From: a bacterium
GTDB lineage: Bacteria; Bacillota; Clostridia; Christensenellales; DTU072
NCBI GenBank assembly: GCA_963644945.1
Contig: CAVIQK010000004.1
Location: 41,050 to 105,049 of the forward strand
Reading direction: 5' to 3'
Length of the DNA: 64,000 bases
Below, piece by piece: positions 38,009 to 47,321 of the stretch. Each line of letters opens with the position of its first letter. Position 1 is the first letter of the stretch. The translations under genes and the position numbers were made by a program. Below the pieces are notes generated by a model. That model saw nothing but the letters and a program-made list of their open reading frames with translations. It ran no database searches and was not told where the DNA came from.

Positions 38009-38911
38009 ATGTGTAAAAATATCTCCAAAAAACAAAAAATATTTATATCGCTTGCAGTCGTTTTAGTAATAATCATAGCACTGCTTACGACGGTTTTTAT
38101 CGTGGAAAACAGGGTTAGATTTACATTTTATTCTAATGGTACCATGGAAAACTTATCATCTACTTACGACTTTAACAAGGTCCTTTTTATCGCCCATAGA
38201 GGCATGTCCGAAACTCTTACGGACAACACGAAAGAAGCCTTTACTTTGGCAGCCAACACCCCCGGAGTTTACGGCATAGAAACAGACGTTTGGGTGACGA
38301 AAGACGGCAAATTTGTATGTATGCACGATGCCGACAGCGTCCAAGGATTTTCTACCCCTAGAGATGCGACGTTTGAAGAAATCACCACCACTCCCCTAAA
38401 AGTTGACAACAAGTCTTATGCCCCCTCGTTTAGAGAATATCTCGACATTTGTAAGGACGGCAACAAAACCGCAATAGTAGAATTGAAAGACAAAAAAATC
38501 ACCCACGACGAAATCGATGCCATAATGCAAGAAGTAGAAGAATCGGGTGTTGACGTCGTCTATATCTCGTTCAATTACGAAATGCTCACCTATATTCGTT
38601 CAAAAGATGCCGATGCTCACCTTCAAATGCTGGTTGCCACCTTCCTACTTACCGAAGTTGACGGCAGTACTGTTGCCGAACGCACGAAGAATATCATCGA
38701 CAACAAAATGGATCTTTCCATAATGTATGATTTTCTCACCCAAGACTTGGTAAAAGAGTTCCACGACAACGGCTTAAAAGTCGGTGTTTGGACGGTTGAC
38801 GACGAAAAACATGCCCTAATTCTTGCGACCGAATACGGAGTTGACTACATAACGTCCAATCGTTCGATGAAACAGCACTTGGAAAAATATATCGAAGATA
38901 TAAAAGACTAA
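38009..38911 (+). CDS. glycerophosphodiester phosphodiesterase, membrane-anchored
   Basis: It has an N-terminal TM helix. The GDPD motifs IAHRG and ETDVWVTKDGKFVCMHD are present. Confidence 0.85.
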   Translation: MCKNISKKQKIFISLAVVLVIIIALLTTVFIVENRVRFTFYSNGTMENLSSTYDFNKVLFIAHRGMSETLTDNTKEAFTLAANTPGVYGIETDVWVTKDGKFVCMHDADSVQGFSTPRDATFEEITTTPLKVDNKSYAPSFREYLDICKDGNKTAIVELKDKKITHDEIDAIMQEVEESGVDVVYISFNYEMLTYIRSKDADAHLQMLVATFLLTEVDGSTVAERTKNIIDNKMDLSIMYDFLTQDLVKEFHDNGLKVGVWTVDDEKHALILATEYGVDYITSNRSMKQHLEKYIEDIKD

Positions 38912-38986
38912 AAACACAATTTTAACATTGATTTATTCAACACATTGTGTTAATATATAGTTTAGAACAATTTATAAGGAGAAGAC

Positions 38987-39547
38987 ATGAATATTTGGCA
39001 TGACATCAACCCCGACAGAATCAAACCCGAAGATTTTGTTGCGGTAGTAGAAATTTCCAAAAACAGCAAAAACAAGTACGAACTCGACAAAGAAACAGGA
39101 AGACTGGCACTCGATCGTGTTCTCTACACATCTACCCACTATCCCACCAATTACGGCTTTATCCCCCGTACTTATGCCGACGACAACGATCCTTTGGACG
39201 TTTTGGTCTTGTGTTCCGAACCCATTGTTCCCTTGTCCCTAGTTAGATGCTACCCCGTAGGTGTCGTATCCATGCGTGACAACGGCTATATCGACAACAA
39301 AATTATAGCGATTCCTTTTGAAGATCCCAACTACAACCACATAAGAGATATAGGTGCAATTCCGCAACATACTCTCAACGAATTCACCCACTTCTTCACC
39401 GTCTATAAAACACTCGAAAACAAAGTGACCGCAGATATTCATATCGAAGGAAGAAGCAATGCAATCGCCATAATTAAACACGATATGGAATGCTACACCG
39501 AGAAATTCGGCAATCAAACAAAAACCACAAAAACAAACAAAAAATAA
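38987..39547 (+). CDS. ppa: inorganic pyrophosphatase, family I
   Basis: The sequence VVEISKNSKNKYELD..YGFIPRT..DPLDVLV contains typical family I PPase motifs. Confidence 0.92.
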   Translation: MNIWHDINPDRIKPEDFVAVVEISKNSKNKYELDKETGRLALDRVLYTSTHYPTNYGFIPRTYADDNDPLDVLVLCSEPIVPLSLVRCYPVGVVSMRDNGYIDNKIIAIPFEDPNYNHIRDIGAIPQHTLNEFTHFFTVYKTLENKVTADIHIEGRSNAIAIIKHDMECYTEKFGNQTKTTKTNKK

Positions 39548-39572
39548 TATAGCATTTAGGAGGATTATCAAT

Positions 39573-40685
39573 ATGCCCAAAATGAATCTTGATTGGAAAA
39601 CAGCCAACGAATTCTTTATTGACGCTTTCGTAGGTGTCGGATGCCCTAGAGCCGATGCCGAAATCGTAGCCGACGTACTACTCGAATCTGATAGAAGAGG
39701 TATCGAATCTCACGGTTGCAACCGTTTCAAACCCATCTATATCGATCGTATCGAAGCAGGAATTCAATTCCCTGTCACCAATTACGAAATTATCAAAGAA
39801 ACAGAATGTACCGCAGTCGTTGACGGCCACAGCGGAATGGGACAAGTCATTGGTTATAAATCAATGAGCCTCGCTATCGAAAAGGCAAAAAAATACGGCA
39901 TGGGTATGGTCGTTGTTAGAAATTCCACTCACTACGGAATCGCAGGTTACTACACCACAATGGCAACCAAAGCAGGATGTATCGGTATGACCGGTACCAA
40001 CGCCCGTCCTTCCGTTGCACCGACTTTCGGTGTCGAAGGCATGTTCGGAACCAACCCTCTCACGATCGGAATTCCTACCGACGAAGATTTTGATTTCAAC
40101 ATTGACTGTGCAACATCCATCACCCAAAACGGCAAAATTGAATATTATGCAAGAATAGGCGAAGATGTCCATCCCGGCACAATCATCGACCTTGACGGCA
40201 ACCCCGTATCGGGAGATGCAGGCGAAGCCCTAAAACAAATCAGAAAAGGTACCGCAGCCCTTACCACCCTCGGCGGAATCGGCGATGCACTCGGCGGATA
40301 CAAAGGATACGGCTATGCAATGGTCGTCGAACTTCTCTCCTCCGTTCTCCAAGACGGTTGGTACGGAAAAGACCTCAACGGTGTTGACGAAAACGGCAAC
40401 AAACGTCCCTACAACCTCGGTCACTTCTTTATCGCAATAGACACCAATCACTTCCTCGGCGAAGATCTCTGCCGTAAAAAAGCCGGCGACATCATCCGTT
40501 CCGTCCGCAATTCAAAACTAGCCCCCGGCCAAGAAAGAATTTATAGCGCAGGCGAAAAAGAACATCTCGTATGGCTTTCAAGAAAAGACAGCGGTGTACC
40601 GATCAACGAAGCCGTCCAAAAAGAAATGTCTAAGGTAAGAGACGATCTCGGACTTACAAAATATGTTTTCCCGTGGGAAAAATAA
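39573..40685 (+). CDS. Ldh_2-family (malate/L-lactate/ureidoglycolate dehydrogenase type 2) oxidoreductase
   Basis: 370 aa. The motifs DRRGIESHG and TNPLTIGIP are typical of the family. The substrate is unknown. Confidence 0.8.
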   Translation: MPKMNLDWKTANEFFIDAFVGVGCPRADAEIVADVLLESDRRGIESHGCNRFKPIYIDRIEAGIQFPVTNYEIIKETECTAVVDGHSGMGQVIGYKSMSLAIEKAKKYGMGMVVVRNSTHYGIAGYYTTMATKAGCIGMTGTNARPSVAPTFGVEGMFGTNPLTIGIPTDEDFDFNIDCATSITQNGKIEYYARIGEDVHPGTIIDLDGNPVSGDAGEALKQIRKGTAALTTLGGIGDALGGYKGYGYAMVVELLSSVLQDGWYGKDLNGVDENGNKRPYNLGHFFIAIDTNHFLGEDLCRKKAGDIIRSVRNSKLAPGQERIYSAGEKEHLVWLSRKDSGVPINEAVQKEMSKVRDDLGLTKYVFPWEK

Positions 40686-40697
40686 TCTAAATCATCA

Positions 40698-42206
40698 ATG
40701 AAGGAGGGGAAAGTCGTCAATACTAGGCATATAGTATTCTTTACATTGCTATTGACACTCGGTATTGTTCTTTCCTCTTTCGTAAAAGACTCATCTGTCG
40801 CTCTCATAGTGCTACCTAGCGTTTTGGGAGCGACTTTTATATTGTCGATAATAATTGCCGTCACCAAGAAATCTTTTGCCCTTCTTATAGCAGTTATCTC
40901 TATAAGCATCGGTTTTTCGATATTCCTACTAGACTACACCTTGACAAAACCCGTTGACATAAATGTAACCACAACGGTAGAAGGAAGAATAGACTACCAA
41001 AAAGAAGGTGTCATATATCTCGAAGACCTAAAAATAGACGGGAAAACATATTCGGGACGAGCATATATAGTGACGACCGCAAAAGACACCGAAATAGGCG
41101 ATTTTGTCTATCTCGAAGGCAATATTTTTTCAATAGACTACGACTGTTTTGACACTGCCGACATGTCGCTTATCAACGACAACGTGAAATATAAGGTTAA
41201 CAAAGTATCCAAAATATCCGTAGTAGGGGGATCTCAATTAAAACTAAAAGAAAAAGTCCGCAACAGACTCAGCGCATCCTTCGAAAAAGTCCTCAATCGT
41301 GACCAACAAGGAGTAGCCGAGTCCCTAATTTTCGGGGACAAACGTTACCTTGACTACCAAGACAACCAAGAAATAAAAATAGCCTCTCTTTCGCACATAT
41401 TCGCAATTTCGGGACTACATGTAGGTTTTCTTTCGGCAATGGTTTTGTGGGTGCTAAAACGCCTAAAAATCAAAAATATCTTGTCCTTGGTGGCGGTTGA
41501 CGCAATACTTTTTATTTATATGTACCTGTGTGGCAACTCCCCCTCTATTCTAAGAGCCATAGCCATGACCTCTGTAGTGATGCTCGGAAAAATCTTAAAG
41601 CGGAGAGTAGATTCCCTTTCGTGCCTTTCTACGGCAGCGGCGATTATATTACTTACGGATCCGTCCATGCTATTCGATCTCGGCTTTTTGATGAGCGTAG
41701 GAGCGGTAGGAGGGCTTATTCTTTTTCACTCTTCATTTGAACCAAAACTTCGCAAAGTGTTCAAACTAAAATTTGTATCGTCCTCCCTTTCGGCAAGTTT
41801 TTCCTCGACACTCGGCATTCTTCCTGCCTTGACCGACGTTTTCGGATCGGGATCCCTATATTTTGCCTTAGCGAATTTCATAGTTTTACCCCTTGTCGCA
41901 GTGCTTTATACATTGCTTATGATAGGCGGAATTTTCTCGCTCATGACACCGGCATTATCATTCCTACTGTACCCCGCAAAATACCTAATAATTGCCATAA
42001 TGGGCATCGTGCGACTCATTTCCATGCTCCCTTATGCAAGCATAACCCTCAACAAAATGGGCATAGCAACAATATTTTACGTCTTGTCGCTTGTCGTTTG
42101 TTCGAGATTTATAATACTCGACAAAAAGAAAAAAGCCGTCATAGTATGTGTATTTACATTGACGGCAATTCTAAGTTATATTTTATTTACGACGATTACT
42201 GGCTGA
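40698..42206 (+). CDS. comEC: ComEC/Rec2-family DNA-uptake channel protein lacking the C-terminal MBL domain
   Basis: It has an OB-like DUF4131 segment and then the competence domain (LSHIFAISGLHVGFL) with many TM helices. It ends at 502 aa with no beta-lactamase-like domain. Confidence 0.8.
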   Translation: MKEGKVVNTRHIVFFTLLLTLGIVLSSFVKDSSVALIVLPSVLGATFILSIIIAVTKKSFALLIAVISISIGFSIFLLDYTLTKPVDINVTTTVEGRIDYQKEGVIYLEDLKIDGKTYSGRAYIVTTAKDTEIGDFVYLEGNIFSIDYDCFDTADMSLINDNVKYKVNKVSKISVVGGSQLKLKEKVRNRLSASFEKVLNRDQQGVAESLIFGDKRYLDYQDNQEIKIASLSHIFAISGLHVGFLSAMVLWVLKRLKIKNILSLVAVDAILFIYMYLCGNSPSILRAIAMTSVVMLGKILKRRVDSLSCLSTAAAIILLTDPSMLFDLGFLMSVGAVGGLILFHSSFEPKLRKVFKLKFVSSSLSASFSSTLGILPALTDVFGSGSLYFALANFIVLPLVAVLYTLLMIGGIFSLMTPALSFLLYPAKYLIIAIMGIVRLISMLPYASITLNKMGIATIFYVLSLVVCSRFIILDKKKKAVIVCVFTLTAILSYILFTTITG

Positions 42207-43293
42207 TAACTTTTGACAAAAATTCTTTAAGTCTTTCGACTTTCGGCTCCGTAAAGAACTCTTTTGGCGGTTGATCCTCTGCAATCTTTCCGCCGTCCAT
42301 GAACAAAATTCTAGTGCCGACTTCTCTTGCAAAACCTATTTCGTGAGTGACGATAATCATAGTCATTCCGTCGTCGGCAAGCGACCTTATAAGCGACAAA
42401 ACTTCCCCCACCATTTCGGGATCGAGTGCCGAAGTCGGTTCGTCGAAAAGTAGAACCTTAGGCTCCATCGCAAGCGCCCTCACGATAGCGATTCTTTGCT
42501 TTTGACCGCCCGACAGTGTACTAGGATAAGCATCTGCTTTATCGGTTAGTCCGATTCGATCAAGAAGAGCATAAGCCTTACTTTTTGCCTCCTCGACTAT
42601 TTCTTTTTTAGACGAATATTTAGACTCGATTTTTTCTTTTACCGTAAGACTCACGAGGTTATCTACGGCATATTCGGCTTTTTCGATTTTGTGTGTGTAC
42701 TTAAACTTTTTCTTTGTCAAATCTTTATCGTAAGTGACCTTTGTTTTTCCTGCTACGTCCTCAACGGTTTTCGTGCTTTCCCACTCCGATTCGATCGGTG
42801 CCAAAATCTCTTTATACTTGACGATTTTCTTTTCAAGATAACTTTTTCTCTTTGCATAAATTTTGTCGTGTAAGGGCTTGACAATCTTTACGCAAGCATT
42901 CCTAATAGGAAGAAAAGTATTAAAAATTTTAGTTTGTCTAAAAGCCTTTTTTCTAATAAGAATAGGAGCAAGAGTGATATTTTCAAGTACCGTCAAATTG
43001 TTGAAAAGATTATACTGTTGAAAAACCATCACCATCTTTTCACGTTGCTTGTTTATATCTACGTGGAGATCGCATAGATCAGTGCCGTCAAAAATTACGT
43101 GACCTGAAGTCGGATCTTCAAGACAATTTAGGCATCTAAGGAATGTAGATTTTCCCCCACCGGACGGACCTAAAACGACGACTTTTTCACCCTCGTAAAT
43201 ATCAAGCGAAACATCGTCAAGCACCATCAAATTGCCGAATTTTTTGGTAAGATTTTTTACACTTATAAGAGGAGTTTGATTATTGTCTTTCAC
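42196..43293 (-). CDS. polar amino-acid ABC transporter ATPase with an insertion of about 115 aa in the helical subdomain
   Basis: Walker A GPSGGGKST, Q-loop MVFQQYNLF, signature LSGGQKQR, Walker B LLFDEPTSALD and H-loop IVTHE are present. The protein is 365 aa, versus about 240-250 for this family. Confidence 0.88.
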   Translation of the reverse strand: MKDNNQTPLISVKNLTKKFGNLMVLDDVSLDIYEGEKVVVLGPSGGGKSTFLRCLNCLEDPTSGHVIFDGTDLCDLHVDINKQREKMVMVFQQYNLFNNLTVLENITLAPILIRKKAFRQTKIFNTFLPIRNACVKIVKPLHDKIYAKRKSYLEKKIVKYKEILAPIESEWESTKTVEDVAGKTKVTYDKDLTKKKFKYTHKIEKAEYAVDNLVSLTVKEKIESKYSSKKEIVEEAKSKAYALLDRIGLTDKADAYPSTLSGGQKQRIAIVRALAMEPKVLLFDEPTSALDPEMVGEVLSLIRSLADDGMTMIIVTHEIGFAREVGTRILFMDGGKIAEDQPPKEFFTEPKVERLKEFLSKVISQ

Positions 43294-43978
43294 TTTTTCT
43301 AAGCCTCCTTTCTACTAGTTTAATAATGAGTGTAAGCCCCAAAACAATTACGAGATAAAATAGCGCAAGCATAAGGTATGGGATAACAAATTCATAAGTT
43401 CCGGAACCCAAAAGTTTGAATGCACTAGTCAAATCGACTACTGTTACGAAGGACACTACCGACGTATCTTTGACAAGAGCAATGAGTTCGTTGCCAAGGG
43501 AAGGGAGTGCATTTTTGAATGCTTGAGGCAATACGATTTTAATCATCGTAGTAGTATAAGAAAGTCCTACCGATCTTCCTGCTTCCATTTGTCCCTTTTC
43601 TACAGACAATATTCCGCTCCTAATTATTTCCGATACATACGCACCGCTGTTTAGTCCGAATGTCACGATAGCGACAGCCAAGGCGTTAGTCTTCAATCCG
43701 ATCGACGGGAAAATAATGTAATAGATAATGAGCAGTTGGACAATAATAGGAGTCCCCCTAAAAAATCCTACGTAAATGTCCCCGATCTTTGCGAGGACTT
43801 TTATGAATCCGTTTCTCGATTCGGAAATTTTTATCGTTGCTATAATTACACCGAGAAAGACTCCTATAAGAAAACCGAAAAAGGCTATTTCCAGCGTTGC
43901 GTCAAGACCTGACACAACGAGTTTATAGCCTTGGTTATCAATGAAAGCCTTTACGAATTTAGACCACTTTTCTGCCAT
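43280..43978 (-). CDS. polar amino-acid ABC transporter permease
   Basis: The EAA-type motif MEAGRSVGLS is present. 232 aa with about 5 TM helices. It overlaps the ATPase start by 14 nt. Confidence 0.88.
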   Translation of the reverse strand: MAEKWSKFVKAFIDNQGYKLVVSGLDATLEIAFFGFLIGVFLGVIIATIKISESRNGFIKVLAKIGDIYVGFFRGTPIIVQLLIIYYIIFPSIGLKTNALAVAIVTFGLNSGAYVSEIIRSGILSVEKGQMEAGRSVGLSYTTTMIKIVLPQAFKNALPSLGNELIALVKDTSVVSFVTVVDLTSAFKLLGSGTYEFVIPYLMLALFYLVIVLGLTLIIKLVERRLRKSERQ

Positions 43979-43980
43979 GA

Positions 43981-44850
43981 TTACGATTGTTTAACAATAC
44001 TTTTTGCAGTTGTTTGATCGACTACGACGAAAGCGATATTGCCGTTTTTGAGATCTTTTACGGCTTCTGCCGCACTACTATGACCTACGAAAGTAAGGTT
44101 TTCAAATCCGGCAAATCCGAATGCATCGTTGCCTTCTACATAGTATTGCGAAGTCGTTCCTCTTTGACCGCTACACTTGGCGTTCTCACCGGTCAAACTC
44201 TTCAATTTTGCCTCGACGAGTGCTGCATCATAAGTTCCGTTAGACTTGCAATCGTCAAAAGTGGTATCGGTATCTTTTACGATAATCGATTGAGTTGCGT
44301 TGTAGTAAACATCACAGAAGTCAACGACTGCTTGTCTTTCGGGAGTGATAGAAAGACCGGCGATAGCGATGTCATAAATGTCTTGTTGAGTAAGAGCAGT
44401 GACAACCGCATCAAAATCCATATTGACAACGACCAAAGTTTTCCCAAGATAATTGGCAAGAAGTTGCGCAATCTCCATATCGATACCTGCAATCTTAGTG
44501 CCGTTGGTGTACTCGAACGGAGCGAAGTCAAGGTTGGTTGCGACTACAAATTCATCGTCGCTTCCGGATGCCGTTGTCTTGATATTCGCATTACCGAAAG
44601 AACTAAGTTCATCGGCGGTAGCATCACCGTATTTTGTAAAAATTGCTTCAACTTCGGTCTTTTTATCTTTGAAAAATTGGTTGACCGAATTGAGAAGTTC
44701 AGTGTCCCCTTTCTTGACTGCGAAAGCATATTCCTCGCTAGAAAGATTGACATCGATAAGTTTAATTTGTGCTTCATTACAACCGGCAAGAGCGACGACG
44801 CCCACGACCGACAATGCAATGACCAAAACAAAAGCAAATATTTTTTTCAT
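43981..44850 (-). CDS. amino-acid ABC transporter substrate-binding lipoprotein (family 3)
   Basis: The start is chosen at MKKIFAFVLV, which has a GGAGGA RBS. The lipobox is LAGC. It is SBP_bac_3-like (DFAPFEY). Confidence 0.85.
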   Translation of the reverse strand: MKKIFAFVLVIALSVVGVVALAGCNEAQIKLIDVNLSSEEYAFAVKKGDTELLNSVNQFFKDKKTEVEAIFTKYGDATADELSSFGNANIKTTASGSDDEFVVATNLDFAPFEYTNGTKIAGIDMEIAQLLANYLGKTLVVVNMDFDAVVTALTQQDIYDIAIAGLSITPERQAVVDFCDVYYNATQSIIVKDTDTTFDDCKSNGTYDAALVEAKLKSLTGENAKCSGQRGTTSQYYVEGNDAFGFAGFENLTFVGHSSAAEAVKDLKNGNIAFVVVDQTTAKSIVKQS

Positions 44851-45102
44851 TTTTATATCCTCCAAAAAATGTACTCATATTATGAAACCCGATGAATAAT
44901 AATACAACAAAAAATTATAAAATTTTATTTTTATGCAAAAATAACAATATTATGCAATATTTATACAAAATAAATGAATAAAAATTAAAATATACACTAT
45001 ATTATGCATTTTTGAGATAATAACCACTTTCTAAATAAAGAGTTATATAGAGAAATATACAATAGTAATAATCCCGCAATAAGTTTATAAATTGTGATTT
45101 AG

Positions 45103-45134
45103 AAAAAAAAGGCGATGCGCCTAAACGCACCGCC
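45103..45134 (-). terminator. rho-independent terminator after fucI
   Basis: On the minus strand the stem GGCGGTGCG/CGCATCGCC (9 bp) is followed by TTTTTTTT. Confidence 0.8.
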
Positions 45135-45159
45135 CGACATTATTTAAGCACTCGCTAGT

Positions 45160-46959
45160 TTATCTAACCGTTCTAAAAAGCGGTCCCAATGCTTGGCATG
45201 CTCTGAAGTCTTGACCTTCTTTGTCCATACCGAAAGCATTCCAGCAAGCAGGACGGAAGATCTTTTCTTCATCGACATTGTGCATGCATACGGGGATTCT
45301 CAAAATACTACAAAGAGTAATGAGATCGGCACCGATATGACCATAAGATATAGCGCCGTGATTTGCACCCCAGTTGTTCATCACGTCATAAGCCGACTTG
45401 AAGGCACCCTTTCCGGTGACGATAGGAGTGAACCAAGTGCAAGGCCAAGTGTAGTCTGTACGTTTCCAAAGGGTATCCGAAACCTTTTCGGGAAGATTTA
45501 CGGTATAACCTTCACATATTTGCATGACAGGGCCAAGTCCCTTCACGATGTTTAGACGCATCATAGTTGCAGGCATTTCGGCTCTTGTTTCGAATCTTGA
45601 CGAATATCCGCCCCCTCTAAAATAACCGAGATCGGCAAAACACCATTCGGTTGCGTTCATGAGAGCATCTTGATCGGCTTCGGTCATTTCCCAGAAAGGT
45701 TTGACGACGGCGTTGCCGTCTTTATCTTTGACAGCACCCGAAAAATCAAGACAAGAAGCACCCGAATTGATGAGATGCAAGAATCCGCCCGCCTCTTTTG
45801 CATGACCTTCGAGATCGTATCCGGTTGCACGTTTTACGGAGTCTGCACTCCAATAAGTTCTTACATCCGAGAACATTTGCGATCTACCTGTCAAGAGTTT
45901 ACCAAAAAGCATACTCGTTGCGTTCAAAGTGTCATTTTCGGTTGCAAGCACATAAGGTTCTCTTGCGCCGTTCCAGTCAAAAGACGTATTGAGGAGAGCC
46001 TCCGGATAATCGCAGTTAGGATAGAAGTCCGTCCATTGACGTTGACCTTGAAAACCACCGACAATCGCATTGTGGCCGACCATTTCTTCTTCGCATCCTT
46101 TGGGGAGTTTCTTGTTGCCGTTCATGAGGTCTTTTATGATGCACATCATCTTTACGACGAACTCCAATTGATCCTCTTTCTTCTTATCGGATGCTTGCAA
46201 AGATTCGGGGTTTTTGTCCCAACCGATCTTGCATTTTTCTTTGGTCCAAGCAAGGGCTTTCTTATATTCTTTCTTGTCATAAATGCCGTTTTCCATTCGT
46301 CTTATGATTTCAACTTCATCGACGCTTTCGACTCTCATTCCGAGATATTCTTCGAAGAAATCGACATTGACGATAGAACCGGCAATACCCATACAAATAG
46401 AACCGATTTGAAGGTAAGATCTACCTCTCATTGTGGCTGCGGCGATAGCGGCTCTACCAAAACGAAGCAGTTTTTCCTTGACATCTTCGGGAATTCTTGT
46501 GTCATCGGCATCGCAAACGTCTTTGCCGTAAATACCAAAAGCAGGGAGTCCTTTTTGTGCGTGAGCGGCAAGGACAGCGGCAAGATAAACTGCCCCCGGT
46601 CTTTCGGTTCCGTTAAATCCCCACACACCCTTAATGGTGAGAGGATTCATATCCATCGTTTCACTTCCGTAGCACCAGCAAGGAGTTACGGTCAACGTAA
46701 TATCTACGCCTTCCTTCTTAAACTTCGCTTCACAAGCGGCAGCCTCTGCGACTCTACCGATAGTAGTGTCGGCGATGACGACTTTGACATGTTCGCCGTT
46801 TGAATAGAAAAGGTTGTTTTCAAAGAGTTCTTTTGCAGATTTTGCCATATTCATGGTCTGATCTTCAAGGCTTTCTCTAACTTTTAGCGCCCCACGACGA
46901 CCGTCGATAGTGGGCCTTATTCCGATTACGGGATAATCACCGATAATTCTTTTTTCCAT
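45160..46959 (-). CDS. fucI: L-fucose isomerase
   Basis: It resembles E. coli FucI along its length as recalled ([70 protein letters not shown]). The start at MEKRII has a GGAGG RBS. Confidence 0.93.
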   Translation of the reverse strand: MEKRIIGDYPVIGIRPTIDGRRGALKVRESLEDQTMNMAKSAKELFENNLFYSNGEHVKVVIADTTIGRVAEAAACEAKFKKEGVDITLTVTPCWCYGSETMDMNPLTIKGVWGFNGTERPGAVYLAAVLAAHAQKGLPAFGIYGKDVCDADDTRIPEDVKEKLLRFGRAAIAAATMRGRSYLQIGSICMGIAGSIVNVDFFEEYLGMRVESVDEVEIIRRMENGIYDKKEYKKALAWTKEKCKIGWDKNPESLQASDKKKEDQLEFVVKMMCIIKDLMNGNKKLPKGCEEEMVGHNAIVGGFQGQRQWTDFYPNCDYPEALLNTSFDWNGAREPYVLATENDTLNATSMLFGKLLTGRSQMFSDVRTYWSADSVKRATGYDLEGHAKEAGGFLHLINSGASCLDFSGAVKDKDGNAVVKPFWEMTEADQDALMNATEWCFADLGYFRGGGYSSRFETRAEMPATMMRLNIVKGLGPVMQICEGYTVNLPEKVSDTLWKRTDYTWPCTWFTPIVTGKGAFKSAYDVMNNWGANHGAISYGHIGADLITLCSILRIPVCMHNVDEEKIFRPACWNAFGMDKEGQDFRACQALGPLFRTVR

Positions 46960-47321
46960 ATTGACCTCCAAAAATTTTGTGCGCCGAAAACAATTTCGAC
47001 CAAAATTCATTATACTAAAACTTTTATCAAAATACAATAGTAATACCCAAAAATTTCAAGAAAAAACGCCAAAAAATTAAGACAAATTTTATACCGTATA
47101 TTTGCATAAACATTCATTTCTATGCAATATTTTATAAATTTATGCACTCAAATTTTCTTTATATAAAATTTGTTTATAAAAAATAAATTGTATGACAAAA
47201 ATTGATATAAAACCGACTTAAAATATTCCCGAATTTATATTTAAAAGTTTTTGTTGATTTAGGGGAAAGTTAAAATACGCATTTCGGCACTGCAAAAATA
47301 TTCAGCCGAAAAGCGAGGGGT

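Noticed and set aside
45670-46803. A 377-aa ORF on the plus strand, antisense to fucI. Similar long antisense ORFs occur at 43987..44895, 2403..3143, 32410..32979, 33622..34146, 28552..29001 and 30684..31160.
   Set aside because: Each lies fully inside a well-supported gene on the other strand. They have low-complexity, Cys/Phe/Arg-rich, non-protein-like composition, lack an RBS and show no recognisable motifs. This is the typical shadow-ORF artefact of the codon bias here.
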